A stretch of 40,200 nucleotides of DNA from positions 1 to 40,200 of the IMG/VR virus record IMGVR_UViG_3300034965_000024, one strand, 5' to 3'. The translations under genes and the position numbers were made by a program. The notes below the pieces were generated by a model. It saw nothing but the letters and a program-made list of their open reading frames with translations, was not told the origin of the DNA and made no database searches. Source of the stretch: a virus (taxonomy: Duplodnaviria; Caudoviricetes). Below are positions 8,896-16,514 of this stretch, piece by piece. Each line of letters opens with the position of its first letter. Positions within the stretch are counted from its first letter, which is position 1.

Positions 8896-9102
8896 TTATC
8901 GGTTGCGCTCGATTGTTCGATATTCGCTAACATGCTCCCCGCTAACAAAAACAACCTCGCCGCGAATCACTCGCTCAGCATGCGCCTTTGCTTCTCTGAA
9001 ATTTCTTCCGCCGCACTCACAGCCATTACTCAGAACAAATACGTTAGTGCCGTACTTTTCTTTGTAGAGCGGTATTGTTGGGTGGTAGGTTAGTTGATTC
9101 AT
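8896..9102 (-). CDS. Hypothetical protein
   Basis: AGGAG RBS; overlaps the upstream stop. Confidence 0.65.
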   Translation of the reverse strand: MNQLTYHPTIPLYKEKYGTNVFVLSNGCECGGRNFREAKAHAERVIRGEVVFVSGEHVSEYRTIERNR

Positions 9103-9338
9103 TTGTTGCGCTCCTTTAGCATAATATCAGCAGCTTGAAATGCGATACTTGCGCGCCAAGAAAGGTCAGAAGGGATATCGTTTGTGATTGTGTCGCACCA
9201 ATCTTGCTGAGCCATTAATGTAGCCATTGCCTTCGCCGCAAAATAATCGCGCAATGACATGCCCTCTGAATTATCTAGTTGCAAGCCGTTCTCGCCGACA
9301 ATGGGAAACGCGGAACCACCATGATCTTCACTCATCAC
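9099..9338 (-). CDS. Conserved phage protein (GMSLRDYFAAKAM family)
   Basis: GGSAFP...GMSLRDYFAAKAM...ADIML motif. Confidence 0.85.
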   Translation of the reverse strand: MMSEDHGGSAFPIVGENGLQLDNSEGMSLRDYFAAKAMATLMAQQDWCDTITNDIPSDLSWRASIAFQAADIMLKERNK

Positions 9339-9412
9339 TCACACCGTCACACAAACACAAAGAACATAACCAAACCAAGCGCCGAATGCTGCCGTTGCTA
9401 GAATGGAGCGGA

Positions 9413-9715
9413 TCATCGAACACCGCTCCTGAGCAATGTATTATTGAGTACCATTAGTGCGCTCTCAGGACGGTTGCCGCGTAAATGAGCGCGCGTATCT
9501 TGCAGCGCCTGTAAAAACTCATCAGCCTTTTCAGCCTTAGCCCACTTATCCCGCAATATAGACTCAAGCCCTGGCGGTATTCCGCAGTTATCGATGTACA
9601 GGCTTAATGCATCTTTGCTGACTTTATCGGTCAGGATCGGCGGTATATCGTGCTGTGCCAAGAGATTGTTGGTTGAATCAAGAATGCATGCCGTTAAAAT
9701 TCCTTTAGTATCCAT
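9413..9715 (-). CDS. Hypothetical protein
   Basis: ORF track; fits the operon tiling. Confidence 0.65.
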   Translation of the reverse strand: MDTKGILTACILDSTNNLLAQHDIPPILTDKVSKDALSLYIDNCGIPPGLESILRDKWAKAEKADEFLQALQDTRAHLRGNRPESALMVLNNTLLRSGVR

Positions 9716-9717
9716 GA

Positions 9718-9909
9718 TTAACCCACCTGCTCATTCGTCAAAGCCCCAGCACTCAGCAAAGGACAGCCATCGTCTCGATTCTCGTCATAGGCCATATCAG
9801 GATCGATCTTGCGCTTGTACTTGCGCACGCGGTCGCCTAGGCCTAGCGCTTCATATTCATCCGCTGCGCCGGACTCCATTCTGCTCGGTATGTCGTGAGG
9901 ATCTTGCAT
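9718..9909 (-). CDS. Hypothetical acidic protein
   Basis: ORF track; TAATG coupling; DPDMAYDENRDD motif. Confidence 0.65.
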   Translation of the reverse strand: MQDPHDIPSRMESGAADEYEALGLGDRVRKYKRKIDPDMAYDENRDDGCPLLSAGALTNEQVG

Positions 9910-10088
9910 TACAGCAATCCTTTTTGCTGAACCAAGCCAAGCTTGCGCTTAAGATAGCGCTCTATTTTCTTCGTAGCTGCTTCGCAATCCTTATCGACCT
10001 GCTCATAGCTGACCGACCATCCATTGAAATAGCCAACCTCTCTACGTATCAGCTTGGCGATGTGTTTTCTTTCTCTCTCGGTCAGCAT
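9909..10088 (-). CDS. First gene of the leftward early operon (MLTERERK...)
   Basis: Start moved to ATG 10088 behind AAGGAG. Confidence 0.65.
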   Translation of the reverse strand: MLTERERKHIAKLIRREVGYFNGWSVSYEQVDKDCEAATKKIERYLKRKLGLVQQKGLL

Positions 10089-10171
10089 ATTAGCTCCTTC
10101 GTTAAAAAAGCCCCACCACAAACAACGGGGCTATGTTACTGCACGACGTAAGCCTGGATGGCTACAACTCA

Positions 10172-10235
10172 ATATTAAATTAGCAACTTGGTTGCGTCAA
10201 GTAATTTGACAAATATATTTATGATCGGCTAGAAT
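10172..10235. promoter_or_regulatory. Back-to-back sigma70-like early promoters (PL/PR) with operator-like palindromes
   Basis: Minus strand: TTGACG(10200-10195)-17-TAATAT(10177-10172). Plus strand: TTGACA(10206)-18-TAGAAT(10230). Palindromes GTCAA-N5-TTGAC and GCAAC-N3-GTTGC. Confidence 0.75.
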
Positions 10236-10260
10236 CAACCCTACCAAATAGGAGTAACCA

Positions 10261-10455
10261 ATGAAAAGAGAGAAGGTAATTAAATATTTTGCTAAATGGT
10301 ACCCAAGTTTAGCCCCGGAGGTAGCGACTGCCAAAGCACTTGGGATAAGCAGGCAGGCTGTTAATGCGTGGGATGATGATGTACCAAAAACTAGCCAAGC
10401 TCTTATAGAGCTTTTGTCCAAAGGCGATATTAAGCGGGATAAGGCAAATGGATAG
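10261..10455 (+). CDS. cro: Cro-like HTH regulator
   Basis: VIKYF...TAKALGISRQAVNAW..VP; first rightward gene. Confidence 0.88.
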   Translation: MKREKVIKYFAKWYPSLAPEVATAKALGISRQAVNAWDDDVPKTSQALIELLSKGDIKRDKANG

Positions 10456-10858
10456 ATGCTCAGTTTGCGGTATAGATTTGATTGCAAAAACCAACAGATT
10501 TTGCGGAGAGTTTTATTGTTTTGTTCATAGGAAAGAAAAACGAGCAGAACTTAAAAGCCAGGCGCACATTAATCATAATCAGATTTCCAGAAATCTTACT
10601 GTTTCTGCGGTTAGATATGGATTCCTTCTGCCGGCTAGCGATTTTTATTGTGTTGACTGTGGAATAAGGGCGGAAAATTATGACCATAGAGACTATAACA
10701 AGCCGCTTGATGTAGTCCCGGTATGCCGATCATGCAATATGAAGAGGTGGAAAGGTATTCCGGCTACAACCCCATATATAGGGGAGGGCTGGATAAAAGT
10801 AACAGAGCAAAAAGCAAGCATCAAAAAGGCCAAGGCAGATAGCAAGGGGAAAAAATAA
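10448..10858 (+). CDS. Zn-binding HNH-like protein
   Basis: CVDCG...YDHRDYNKPLDVVPVCRSCN; N-terminal CxxC. Confidence 0.7.
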   Translation: MDRCSVCGIDLIAKTNRFCGEFYCFVHRKEKRAELKSQAHINHNQISRNLTVSAVRYGFLLPASDFYCVDCGIRAENYDHRDYNKPLDVVPVCRSCNMKRWKGIPATTPYIGEGWIKVTEQKASIKKAKADSKGKK

Positions 10859-11073
10859 TGGAGCAGTCGCATATAATTCAAACAGTTAAAGCGCTTTGCG
10901 ATGCTGGAAAGTACGACGAGGCAATCGAGTTAACAAATCATGTCGCAAACAAAGCAATAGCTGTAAATACACATCTATTATGTATGGAGCATGAGGAGAG
11001 GAGACGCCTAGATGCTTACCCCGCAAGACCGCTATACAAAGATTTTCGAAAGGCGTCGAGAGGCTGTTCTTGA
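10858..11073 (+). CDS. Hypothetical protein
   Basis: TAATG coupling. Confidence 0.65.
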   Translation: MEQSHIIQTVKALCDAGKYDEAIELTNHVANKAIAVNTHLLCMEHEERRRLDAYPARPLYKDFRKASRGCS

Positions 11074-11224
11074 CCATAACTATGACCCCTATGGCAACTC
11101 ATTTAGCACATACAATATCGAGCAAATGAAGCGCGATGCGGATAATTTAAATCTAGCCAAGTGGATCGCCATTGTCTTTATCTTGGGCTGCGCGGCTATT
11201 ACGGCTTATTGCGTGAGGTTTGTA

Positions 11225-11445
11225 TGAGCAAGAAAATCTGCAAGGACTGTAAATGGGTAAAGCATTATCCCGGTAAATTTGACTGGCCGTGGTCTTATTG
11301 TCCTGAGCAGTTTATCTGCAATCATCCCGACACAATTAATCTCGTTACCGGAGAGATGAGCAGAAGCTCAGAATCTATGCGCTCGCCAAGCAGTCTATGC
11401 AAGCCAGAGGCTTTGCTATTTGAGCCTATGAGGGTGGAATCGTGA
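11225..11445 (+). CDS. Cys-rich hypothetical protein (MSKKICKDCKW...)
   Basis: GAGG RBS; CxxC...CNHP...CKPEA. Confidence 0.65.
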
Positions 11446-11629
11446 ACGAATGGAATGATGATCCTTTCTTTCGACTGCCTACGAAAATATATCTGTGTGG
11501 CTGTCCTGATCATGATGGGCGAATACAGCACGGCCCTTATTGTCCTTGGGGTCAGACTACGCTTAGGAATCGAGCGCAAGGCTTTGATATACCGCCTAAC
11601 CAATTAGCCAGCCCCGAGAGGAAGTGGCT

Positions 11630-11836
11630 ATGAATACTTTTATCGCATCAATAACAGATACCACCCTTCCTCTACCCACTGAGCCGCCATGCTTAAGATG
11701 CAAATGGTGGAAACCTGAAAGGAAATATGCTCATTGCAGTGGCGAGGTGGGTCAACATTTTGTTGGATCGAGGTTGTGCTGGTCCGAAAACCAATATCAC
11801 GACTTTACTTGTTTTTCTCAGATCACGCAGCCCTAG
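11630..11836 (+). CDS. Cys-rich hypothetical protein
   Basis: ORF track; GAGG RBS. Confidence 0.55.
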   Translation: MNTFIASITDTTLPLPTEPPCLRCKWWKPERKYAHCSGEVGQHFVGSRLCWSENQYHDFTCFSQITQP

Positions 11837-11850
11837 GGCATAGAGGAAGT

Positions 11851-12078
11851 ATGGAATGGAACGAATTGAGCAAAGCAACCCTAGAGGCAATGGAGGTCAT
11901 CGGCAATTACGGCCCGACCGCCAACCCAGAGGGGCGCACAGTCAAAGGCTACACATGGGATGCCGACGATGGCTGCGGCGGTCAATGTTATTTGGATAGC
12001 CGCGATCTGCGAGAAATTGCCGTAGCGTGTATCGAGGTAGCAGACTGGCTAGATAAGCGCGCCGAGGAATCTATTTAA
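11851..12078 (+). CDS. Hypothetical acidic protein (MEWNELSK...)
   Basis: Start moved behind GAGG RBS. Confidence 0.65.
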   Translation: MEWNELSKATLEAMEVIGNYGPTANPEGRTVKGYTWDADDGCGGQCYLDSRDLREIAVACIEVADWLDKRAEESI

Positions 12079-12180
12079 ACCCCACAGAATCGCTTTACAG
12101 CCCGATTAGGCGCAAACCAATGGCAGAGTGAGGGTATGCTATAAAATCGATTCTAGGCGAGCATGGGCTAAGTAGTGAGG

Positions 12181-12286
12181 TTTGCGATAACTCCTTCGAG
12201 CGTCCGGGCATTTTCAGTCATCCTGACACCTATACGCTGATTTCACCTTACGAGGGTTACTTTGGTTCGGTTGCTCTATTATCGCA
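12181..12286 (-). ncRNA. Candidate ~105-nt trans-acting sRNA with a three-way junction (C4/CI-like logic)
   Basis: Own promoter; closing stem UGCGAUAA/UUAUCGCA; two internal hairpins; junction segments complementary to the leader at 12368-12386. Confidence 0.6.
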
Positions 12287-12291
12287 CCCCA

Positions 12292-12354
12292 ATTATACCC
12301 TCCCCTAGTCTTTTTTCAATCTGTGCTTGCTTTATGGTGATAGGCTGGTAGAAT
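12292..12354. promoter_or_regulatory. Second pair of divergent sigma70-like promoters
   Basis: Minus strand: TTGAAA(12319-12314)-16-TATAAT(12297-12292). Plus strand: TTGCTT(12327)-16-TAGAAT(12349) with extended TGn. Confidence 0.72.
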
Positions 12355-12360
12355 TTTAAG

Positions 12361-12487
12361 TGCGTGGCTTTGGTCGGCCTATACGCATTCCACGAAAGAG
12401 CTTTGTCTCATGCCGCCTTGTGCCGGCTCACCTCAGTGGGGGTGAGCAGGATGACCACACAAGAAGGCAGCAGACAGAGCTTTTTTT
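12361..12487 (+). ncRNA. Structured leader / attenuator of the replication operon
   Basis: Hairpin 12361-12387 with loop UUUGGUCG; long interrupted hairpin 12395-12485 ending in U7; loop UGGUC is complementary to bulged GACCA (12453-12457). Confidence 0.75.
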
Positions 12488-12823
12488 ATGCCTTGGATTT
12501 CTATAAATTACTTAGAAAATAAGTTGAACATGCCAAAGATATCCTGTTGTTACGTTATTTATTTCAATGGGATTATGAAATACATAGGATCGACTAGCGA
12601 TCTTAGAAATAGGTTTTCTGGCCGCATTATTCGATATGGTTATGCAAGAAATATCCATACTCCTTGGGGTGACTTCCCCGATGACATTAATTTAACAATC
12701 AAATATAAACCATCCAAACGACATGGCGACTGGCTAATGCTAGAAGCCAGGTTGATCAGAAAACTACAGCCGATATTTAATACCCGATTGAAAGGAAGAA
12801 GAAATGCACTTCTATCCGCATAA
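12488..12823 (+). CDS. GIY-YIG nuclease-family protein
   Basis: CYVIYFNGIMKYIGSTSDLRNRF...LEARLIRKLQPIFN. Confidence 0.85.
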   Translation: MPWISINYLENKLNMPKISCCYVIYFNGIMKYIGSTSDLRNRFSGRIIRYGYARNIHTPWGDFPDDINLTIKYKPSKRHGDWLMLEARLIRKLQPIFNTRLKGRRNALLSA

Positions 12824-13598
12824 TATTGGTGATTTTAATAATTCTACCAGGCATTTAACACGTGTTGAACGCAGCGTATACAGAGATGCAATAGAGCGTT
12901 ATTACGATACTGAGAGCCCTCTTCCTGCTAATGATATTGAGCGCCTTTACCGAGTACTTTTATGCTCAACAGACGATGAAAAGAGAGCGTTAAACACTGT
13001 TCTCGGTGAATTCTTTACTGTTGTTGATGGGGCATATAGGCATGATAGATGTGATCTTGAGATAGAAAAATATCGATCTAATTCAAGCGCTAAGGCTAGA
13101 GCAGGAAAGGCCTCAGCAGAAGCTAGAAAGAACAAATCACAACATACGAATAACACTAGTTCAACATGTGTTGAACAAAATAATAAACAAGAACCAATAA
13201 CCAATAACCATAAACCATTAACCAATATAACTACTGACGCACAGCAAGCTGGCGTCGAAGCGAAGGCGAGGCGCAAATGTCGATTACCCGCTGACTTCCT
13301 GATTACCGATGATCGAAGGCAAATAGCCCTGGGATACTGGAAAACCAAAAACCGCTTCGATCTCAATCCTGATGACGAATTTCAGAAGTTCACGAATTAC
13401 CACTTGTCCAATGGCAAGCCCATGCTGGATTGGGAGGCCTGCTGGCGGACTTGGTATACCAATGCGGTCGGATTCAATCGACCGCTGAATAGCGCTTCCC
13501 ATAATCAACCTAAGACGATCGAGCAAACCGGAAATGAGATTGCAGAGCGATCGGCAAGGATTAAGGCAACCTTACAGAAAAATGGGGCATTCTCATGA
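12804..13598 (+). CDS. Replication initiator, DUF1376/YdaU family
   Basis: MHFYPHNIGDF...HLTRVERSVYRDAIERYY N-domain; low-complexity linker; RLPADF...DWEACWRTW C-domain. Confidence 0.88.
   Translation: MHFYPHNIGDFNNSTRHLTRVERSVYRDAIERYYDTESPLPANDIERLYRVLLCSTDDEKRALNTVLGEFFTVVDGAYRHDRCDLEIEKYRSNSSAKARAGKASAEARKNKSQHTNNTSSTCVEQNNKQEPITNNHKPLTNITTDAQQAGVEAKARRKCRLPADFLITDDRRQIALGYWKTKNRFDLNPDDEFQKFTNYHLSNGKPMLDWEACWRTWYTNAVGFNRPLNSASHNQPKTIEQTGNEIAERSARIKATLQKNGAFS
13152..13226. other. Candidate replication origin inside the initiator gene
   Basis: Palindrome GTTCAACA-TG-TGTTGAAC (13159-13176), followed by five tandem AACCA(A/T)(T/A) heptamers (13192-13226). Confidence 0.55.
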
Positions 13599-14191
13599 AT
13601 ATCGCTGATATGGATAATTTTAATTCCAAGTGGATGGCCGTTCATGAGGTTTATAACAAGCAAATTTCAGATGCAGCTATTGCGCTGGCCTTTCAGGTGC
13701 TATCTAAATTCGAATGGAGCGATATTAGTCGAGCGCTAGATTCGCATTTGCTTGATGCCGATGCTGGCCGATTTCCGCCGAAGCCTGCGGATATTGCGAA
13801 GTATATTACGGGCGATCCAGAAAGCCGCCCCCTGGAGGCGTGGACAAAGGTTGTAACTGCTATTTCTCGGCAAGGACCCTATCGAACTATCGTTTTTGAC
13901 GATTCGGTAATTATGGCGGTGGTGCGCGATCTAGGCGGCTGGGTTGAGCTGTGCAAAATCGATGACAAAGAGCTTCCGTTTAAGCGCAACGAATTTGCTA
14001 CGCGCTATCGCGGTTATATGCTCACGCCGCCACAAGCATGGCCGAAATTATTGCAAGGCCTGAGCCCAACCGATTCGCCGATATTGATTGGTAATCAGGA
14101 AAAAGCCGAACAAGTTTTATTGACCGGCAAAAAAGATAGTGGTCCGCAAATGCGTTCCGTTTCTCAATTACTAGAACATATGAAAGTTTAA
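13595..14191 (+). CDS. DUF6475-family replication accessory protein (P/loader position)
   Basis: GRFPPKPADI, AWTKV...GPYRTIVFDD, LGGWVELC, F..RYRGY. Confidence 0.8.
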   Translation: MNIADMDNFNSKWMAVHEVYNKQISDAAIALAFQVLSKFEWSDISRALDSHLLDADAGRFPPKPADIAKYITGDPESRPLEAWTKVVTAISRQGPYRTIVFDDSVIMAVVRDLGGWVELCKIDDKELPFKRNEFATRYRGYMLTPPQAWPKLLQGLSPTDSPILIGNQEKAEQVLLTGKKDSGPQMRSVSQLLEHMKV

Positions 14192-14235
14192 CCCATCCAC
14201 CCCTGTCCGCAGGGCAAGACTAGAGGCAGTAGGAA

Positions 14236-14460
14236 ATGATTGCTCATGATTTTAGTTGGGGTCAGCTTGAAGCTTTAAGGAAATTAGAAAATGCCTTCAA
14301 AGTCTGCGAGGAAATGCATTTGGTATTTTGTGGCATCGAGAATGGATTGGTAGTCTGCATCGATTCTGATAATGCCAGGAAATTAGCCTGCGAATGGCTA
14401 GTTACTAACTCTATTCGAGTCAATACCGGTAAGTGTTATTTGGATTCTGGCTGCGGATAA
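14236..14460 (+). CDS. Hypothetical protein
   Basis: RBS and ORF track. Confidence 0.6.
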   Translation: MIAHDFSWGQLEALRKLENAFKVCEEMHLVFCGIENGLVVCIDSDNARKLACEWLVTNSIRVNTGKCYLDSGCG

Positions 14461-14550
14461 AAGCTATCAACTCAGCCTAAACGATTAATAAATCCAATTA
14501 GCCATCGGTGCAGTAGGGCGCTAGAGTTAGGCAACATCAACGAGAGGAGT

Positions 14551-14745
14551 GTGGGAGTGGAACATTATGAGTTTTCACAGATATTAAAATATCCAAGCAA
14601 GGATTCAGTTGTTGGTGGGCTCATGAAATGTGATGCGGTTATCGCTAGGAAGATAGAGGAGCGCGCTAAGTTACAGCAAGAAATTGATGATATTCGCGCG
14701 CGCCGTGATCAATTAATCGCTATTAATGCCACCATCCCCCAGTAG
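14551..14745 (+). CDS. Hypothetical coiled-coil protein
   Basis: GAGGAG RBS. Confidence 0.6.
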   Translation: MGVEHYEFSQILKYPSKDSVVGGLMKCDAVIARKIEERAKLQQEIDDIRARRDQLIAINATIPQ

Positions 14746-14768
14746 CCACTGATTGACCGGAGAAGAGA

Positions 14769-15014
14769 ATGGATTGGCAACCTATCGAAACAGCGCCTAG
14801 TGATGTTTTAGTTGTAGTTGGTTGGCTAGATGAATACGGCGAAGTTTGTACCGTTTTTGATTGTATGGATGAAGGGGGGTGGATGCAGCACAACGACCAT
14901 TATGAACATTATTGCATGGTTGCTAAGGGGGGTGGCGATGATATTTCATGGCATGGCCCTAGCGAGAAAGCGCCATATACTCATTGGCTTAAAATTCCGG
15001 AATTTCCTAAATGA
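14769..15014 (+). CDS. DUF551-family protein
   Basis: WQPIETAP...YTHWLKIPEFPK. Confidence 0.85.
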   Translation: MDWQPIETAPSDVLVVVGWLDEYGEVCTVFDCMDEGGWMQHNDHYEHYCMVAKGGGDDISWHGPSEKAPYTHWLKIPEFPK

Positions 15015-15256
15015 CCCTCTCCCGCAACCACAAAATCGGCGATCAGGTCATAGGCCTACGCTTAGCCATGATGAATCTCGGTCTTGAGGGCTATGAGGTC
15101 TTGGAGACCCATACCAAGGCCAGCAACGAGCAGGCCAGTATCCTTATCGACCGTCCGTATGTGTGTGAGGATGCGCAGATGCAGGATGTAGCGAATAAGC
15201 GCTTTGGGTTTTGTGTTCGGTGGGGAGCGCGGGTTTATTGGGAGTGCAAAGAATGA
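15011..15256 (+). CDS. Hypothetical protein
   Basis: 4-bp overlap with the upstream gene. Confidence 0.65.
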   Translation: MTLSRNHKIGDQVIGLRLAMMNLGLEGYEVLETHTKASNEQASILIDRPYVCEDAQMQDVANKRFGFCVRWGARVYWECKE

Positions 15257-15480
15257 ATTATGAGTCCATGCCATTCGACTGGAATGCACCAGATGCAGAG
15301 TTTGATTTTTGTTGCCTATGCGGTGGGAAAATATGGATTTATTATTGGCGCGAGCATATGAATATTCATAATGTAGTTTTAAAGGAATCGCCAAAAAATG
15401 AGGACGGCACATGGAAGCATCAAGATGAATATGTTTATGATGACGATAGCCAAACCCTAAAAACAACCGACAACGTATAA
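15253..15480 (+). CDS. Hypothetical protein (MNYESMPF...)
   Basis: ATGA coupling; GGGAG RBS. Confidence 0.6.
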   Translation: MNYESMPFDWNAPDAEFDFCCLCGGKIWIYYWREHMNIHNVVLKESPKNEDGTWKHQDEYVYDDDSQTLKTTDNV

Positions 15481-15554
15481 ATTAATAAAATTATCCTGTC
15501 GATATCGACTAATCTATAGTTACACCATAGAAACGCAAACAGGGGTAGGACGAA

Positions 15555-15692
15555 ATGGAAGACGATAACGAAATGTATCCGGAAGTCTCTATTCATGATG
15601 AGCCTTGGTCGTTGCATCGCTCGCTTGGCTTCGATGATGCCGACGAATTTAACAATTATTGCGACGAGTTTGAGCGCGGCTGCGATGCTTAA
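15555..15692 (+). CDS. 45-aa highly acidic protein, not in ORF track
   Basis: Hand translation MEDDNEMYPEVSIHDEPWSLHRSLGFDDADEFNNYCDEFERGCDA; AGGA RBS. Confidence 0.65.
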   Translation: MEDDNEMYPEVSIHDEPWSLHRSLGFDDADEFNNYCDEFERGCDA

Positions 15693-15867
15693 GCTGCAAA
15701 CGGCACGCAAGAAACATGTTTGCACCATCTGCGGCGAAGAAATACCAGTTGGGTCGAAGTATTGGCGCGAATATGAGCTTGGCGGCGACGATGGCGCATT
15801 AATGGATCGCAAAGAACACACATCCTGCCCTGAGCAGCGAATTACCGCCAATGGCGATGACGCCTAA
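15685..15867 (+). CDS. Small Zn-finger protein
   Basis: ARKKHVCTICGEEIPVGSKY...HTSC. Confidence 0.7.
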   Translation: MLKLQTARKKHVCTICGEEIPVGSKYWREYELGGDDGALMDRKEHTSCPEQRITANGDDA

Positions 15868-15895
15868 CCCCGCTCACTACTGAGGAGTAAACGAA

Positions 15896-16123
15896 ATGGA
15901 CAAGGCACAAGCACATCGCGATTGGGCGAAAAAGCAATACGAGAAGTTGTGCCCGGTGCAAAATGCAACTGCAAAAAATATCATCGATGCGGTTGTTGTT
16001 GAGTTCAAGGCAAACGGCAGCAAAGCTGCGACGGCCAAATTTAACACTTTAGCGGCTGAGCATAAATTGCAACGCTGGGTAGCGGTGGCCTTGACGGACA
16101 CGATCCGAGGCCTCGTTCTTTAA
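15896..16123 (+). CDS. Hypothetical protein
   Basis: GAGGAG RBS. Confidence 0.7.
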   Translation: MDKAQAHRDWAKKQYEKLCPVQNATAKNIIDAVVVEFKANGSKAATAKFNTLAAEHKLQRWVAVALTDTIRGLVL

Positions 16124-16190
16124 TGCCTTTGCCTAACCACCCCGCGCCCGGTGCGCATGACTAACTATTTTTAATCAACGAGGAAAAGCA

Positions 16191-16514
16191 ATGAGCATTG
16201 ATAATTTAACCATCGGTGAAGCAAAGGAATTGGCTGCGATGTTTGGCAGTTGCGATAAACGCGTCCATCCATTTACCGGGCAGAACGTGATTGTTGCATT
16301 GCCGCATGGCTTTGTGTTTTTCGGCATCTTGCAAGGTGACATGACTCTGACCAAGGCGAGCAATATCCGGCAGTGGGCCACACGCAGCGGAGGCCTTCCA
16401 GAGTTCGCAAAATCTGGCCCTATCGCTGGCGACAAAATAGACGCACTGCCCGGCAAGGTCGATGTATCTAAGTATTTATTTATCTACCAAGCCGGTGAGT
16501 GGAATGAGCGGTAA
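16191..16514 (+). CDS. DUF6948-like protein
   Basis: IDNLTIGEAKELAAMF...VIV...GFVFFG.L...LTKASNIRQW...GL.EFA..GP; adjacent to a Gly-rich gene. Confidence 0.7.
   Translation: MSIDNLTIGEAKELAAMFGSCDKRVHPFTGQNVIVALPHGFVFFGILQGDMTLTKASNIRQWATRSGGLPEFAKSGPIAGDKIDALPGKVDVSKYLFIYQAGEWNER

Noticed and set aside
9594-10151. 185-aa plus-strand ORF
   Set aside because: Antisense shadow over three well-tiled minus-strand genes
10197-10487. Minus-strand ORF as a possible CI repressor
   Set aside because: Antisense to cro, with no HTH or S24 peptidase motif
14475-14532. Integron attC-like GCCTAA...GTTAGGC
   Set aside because: Only 6 bp of complementarity, no internal L boxes and no integrase; looks like a promoter gap
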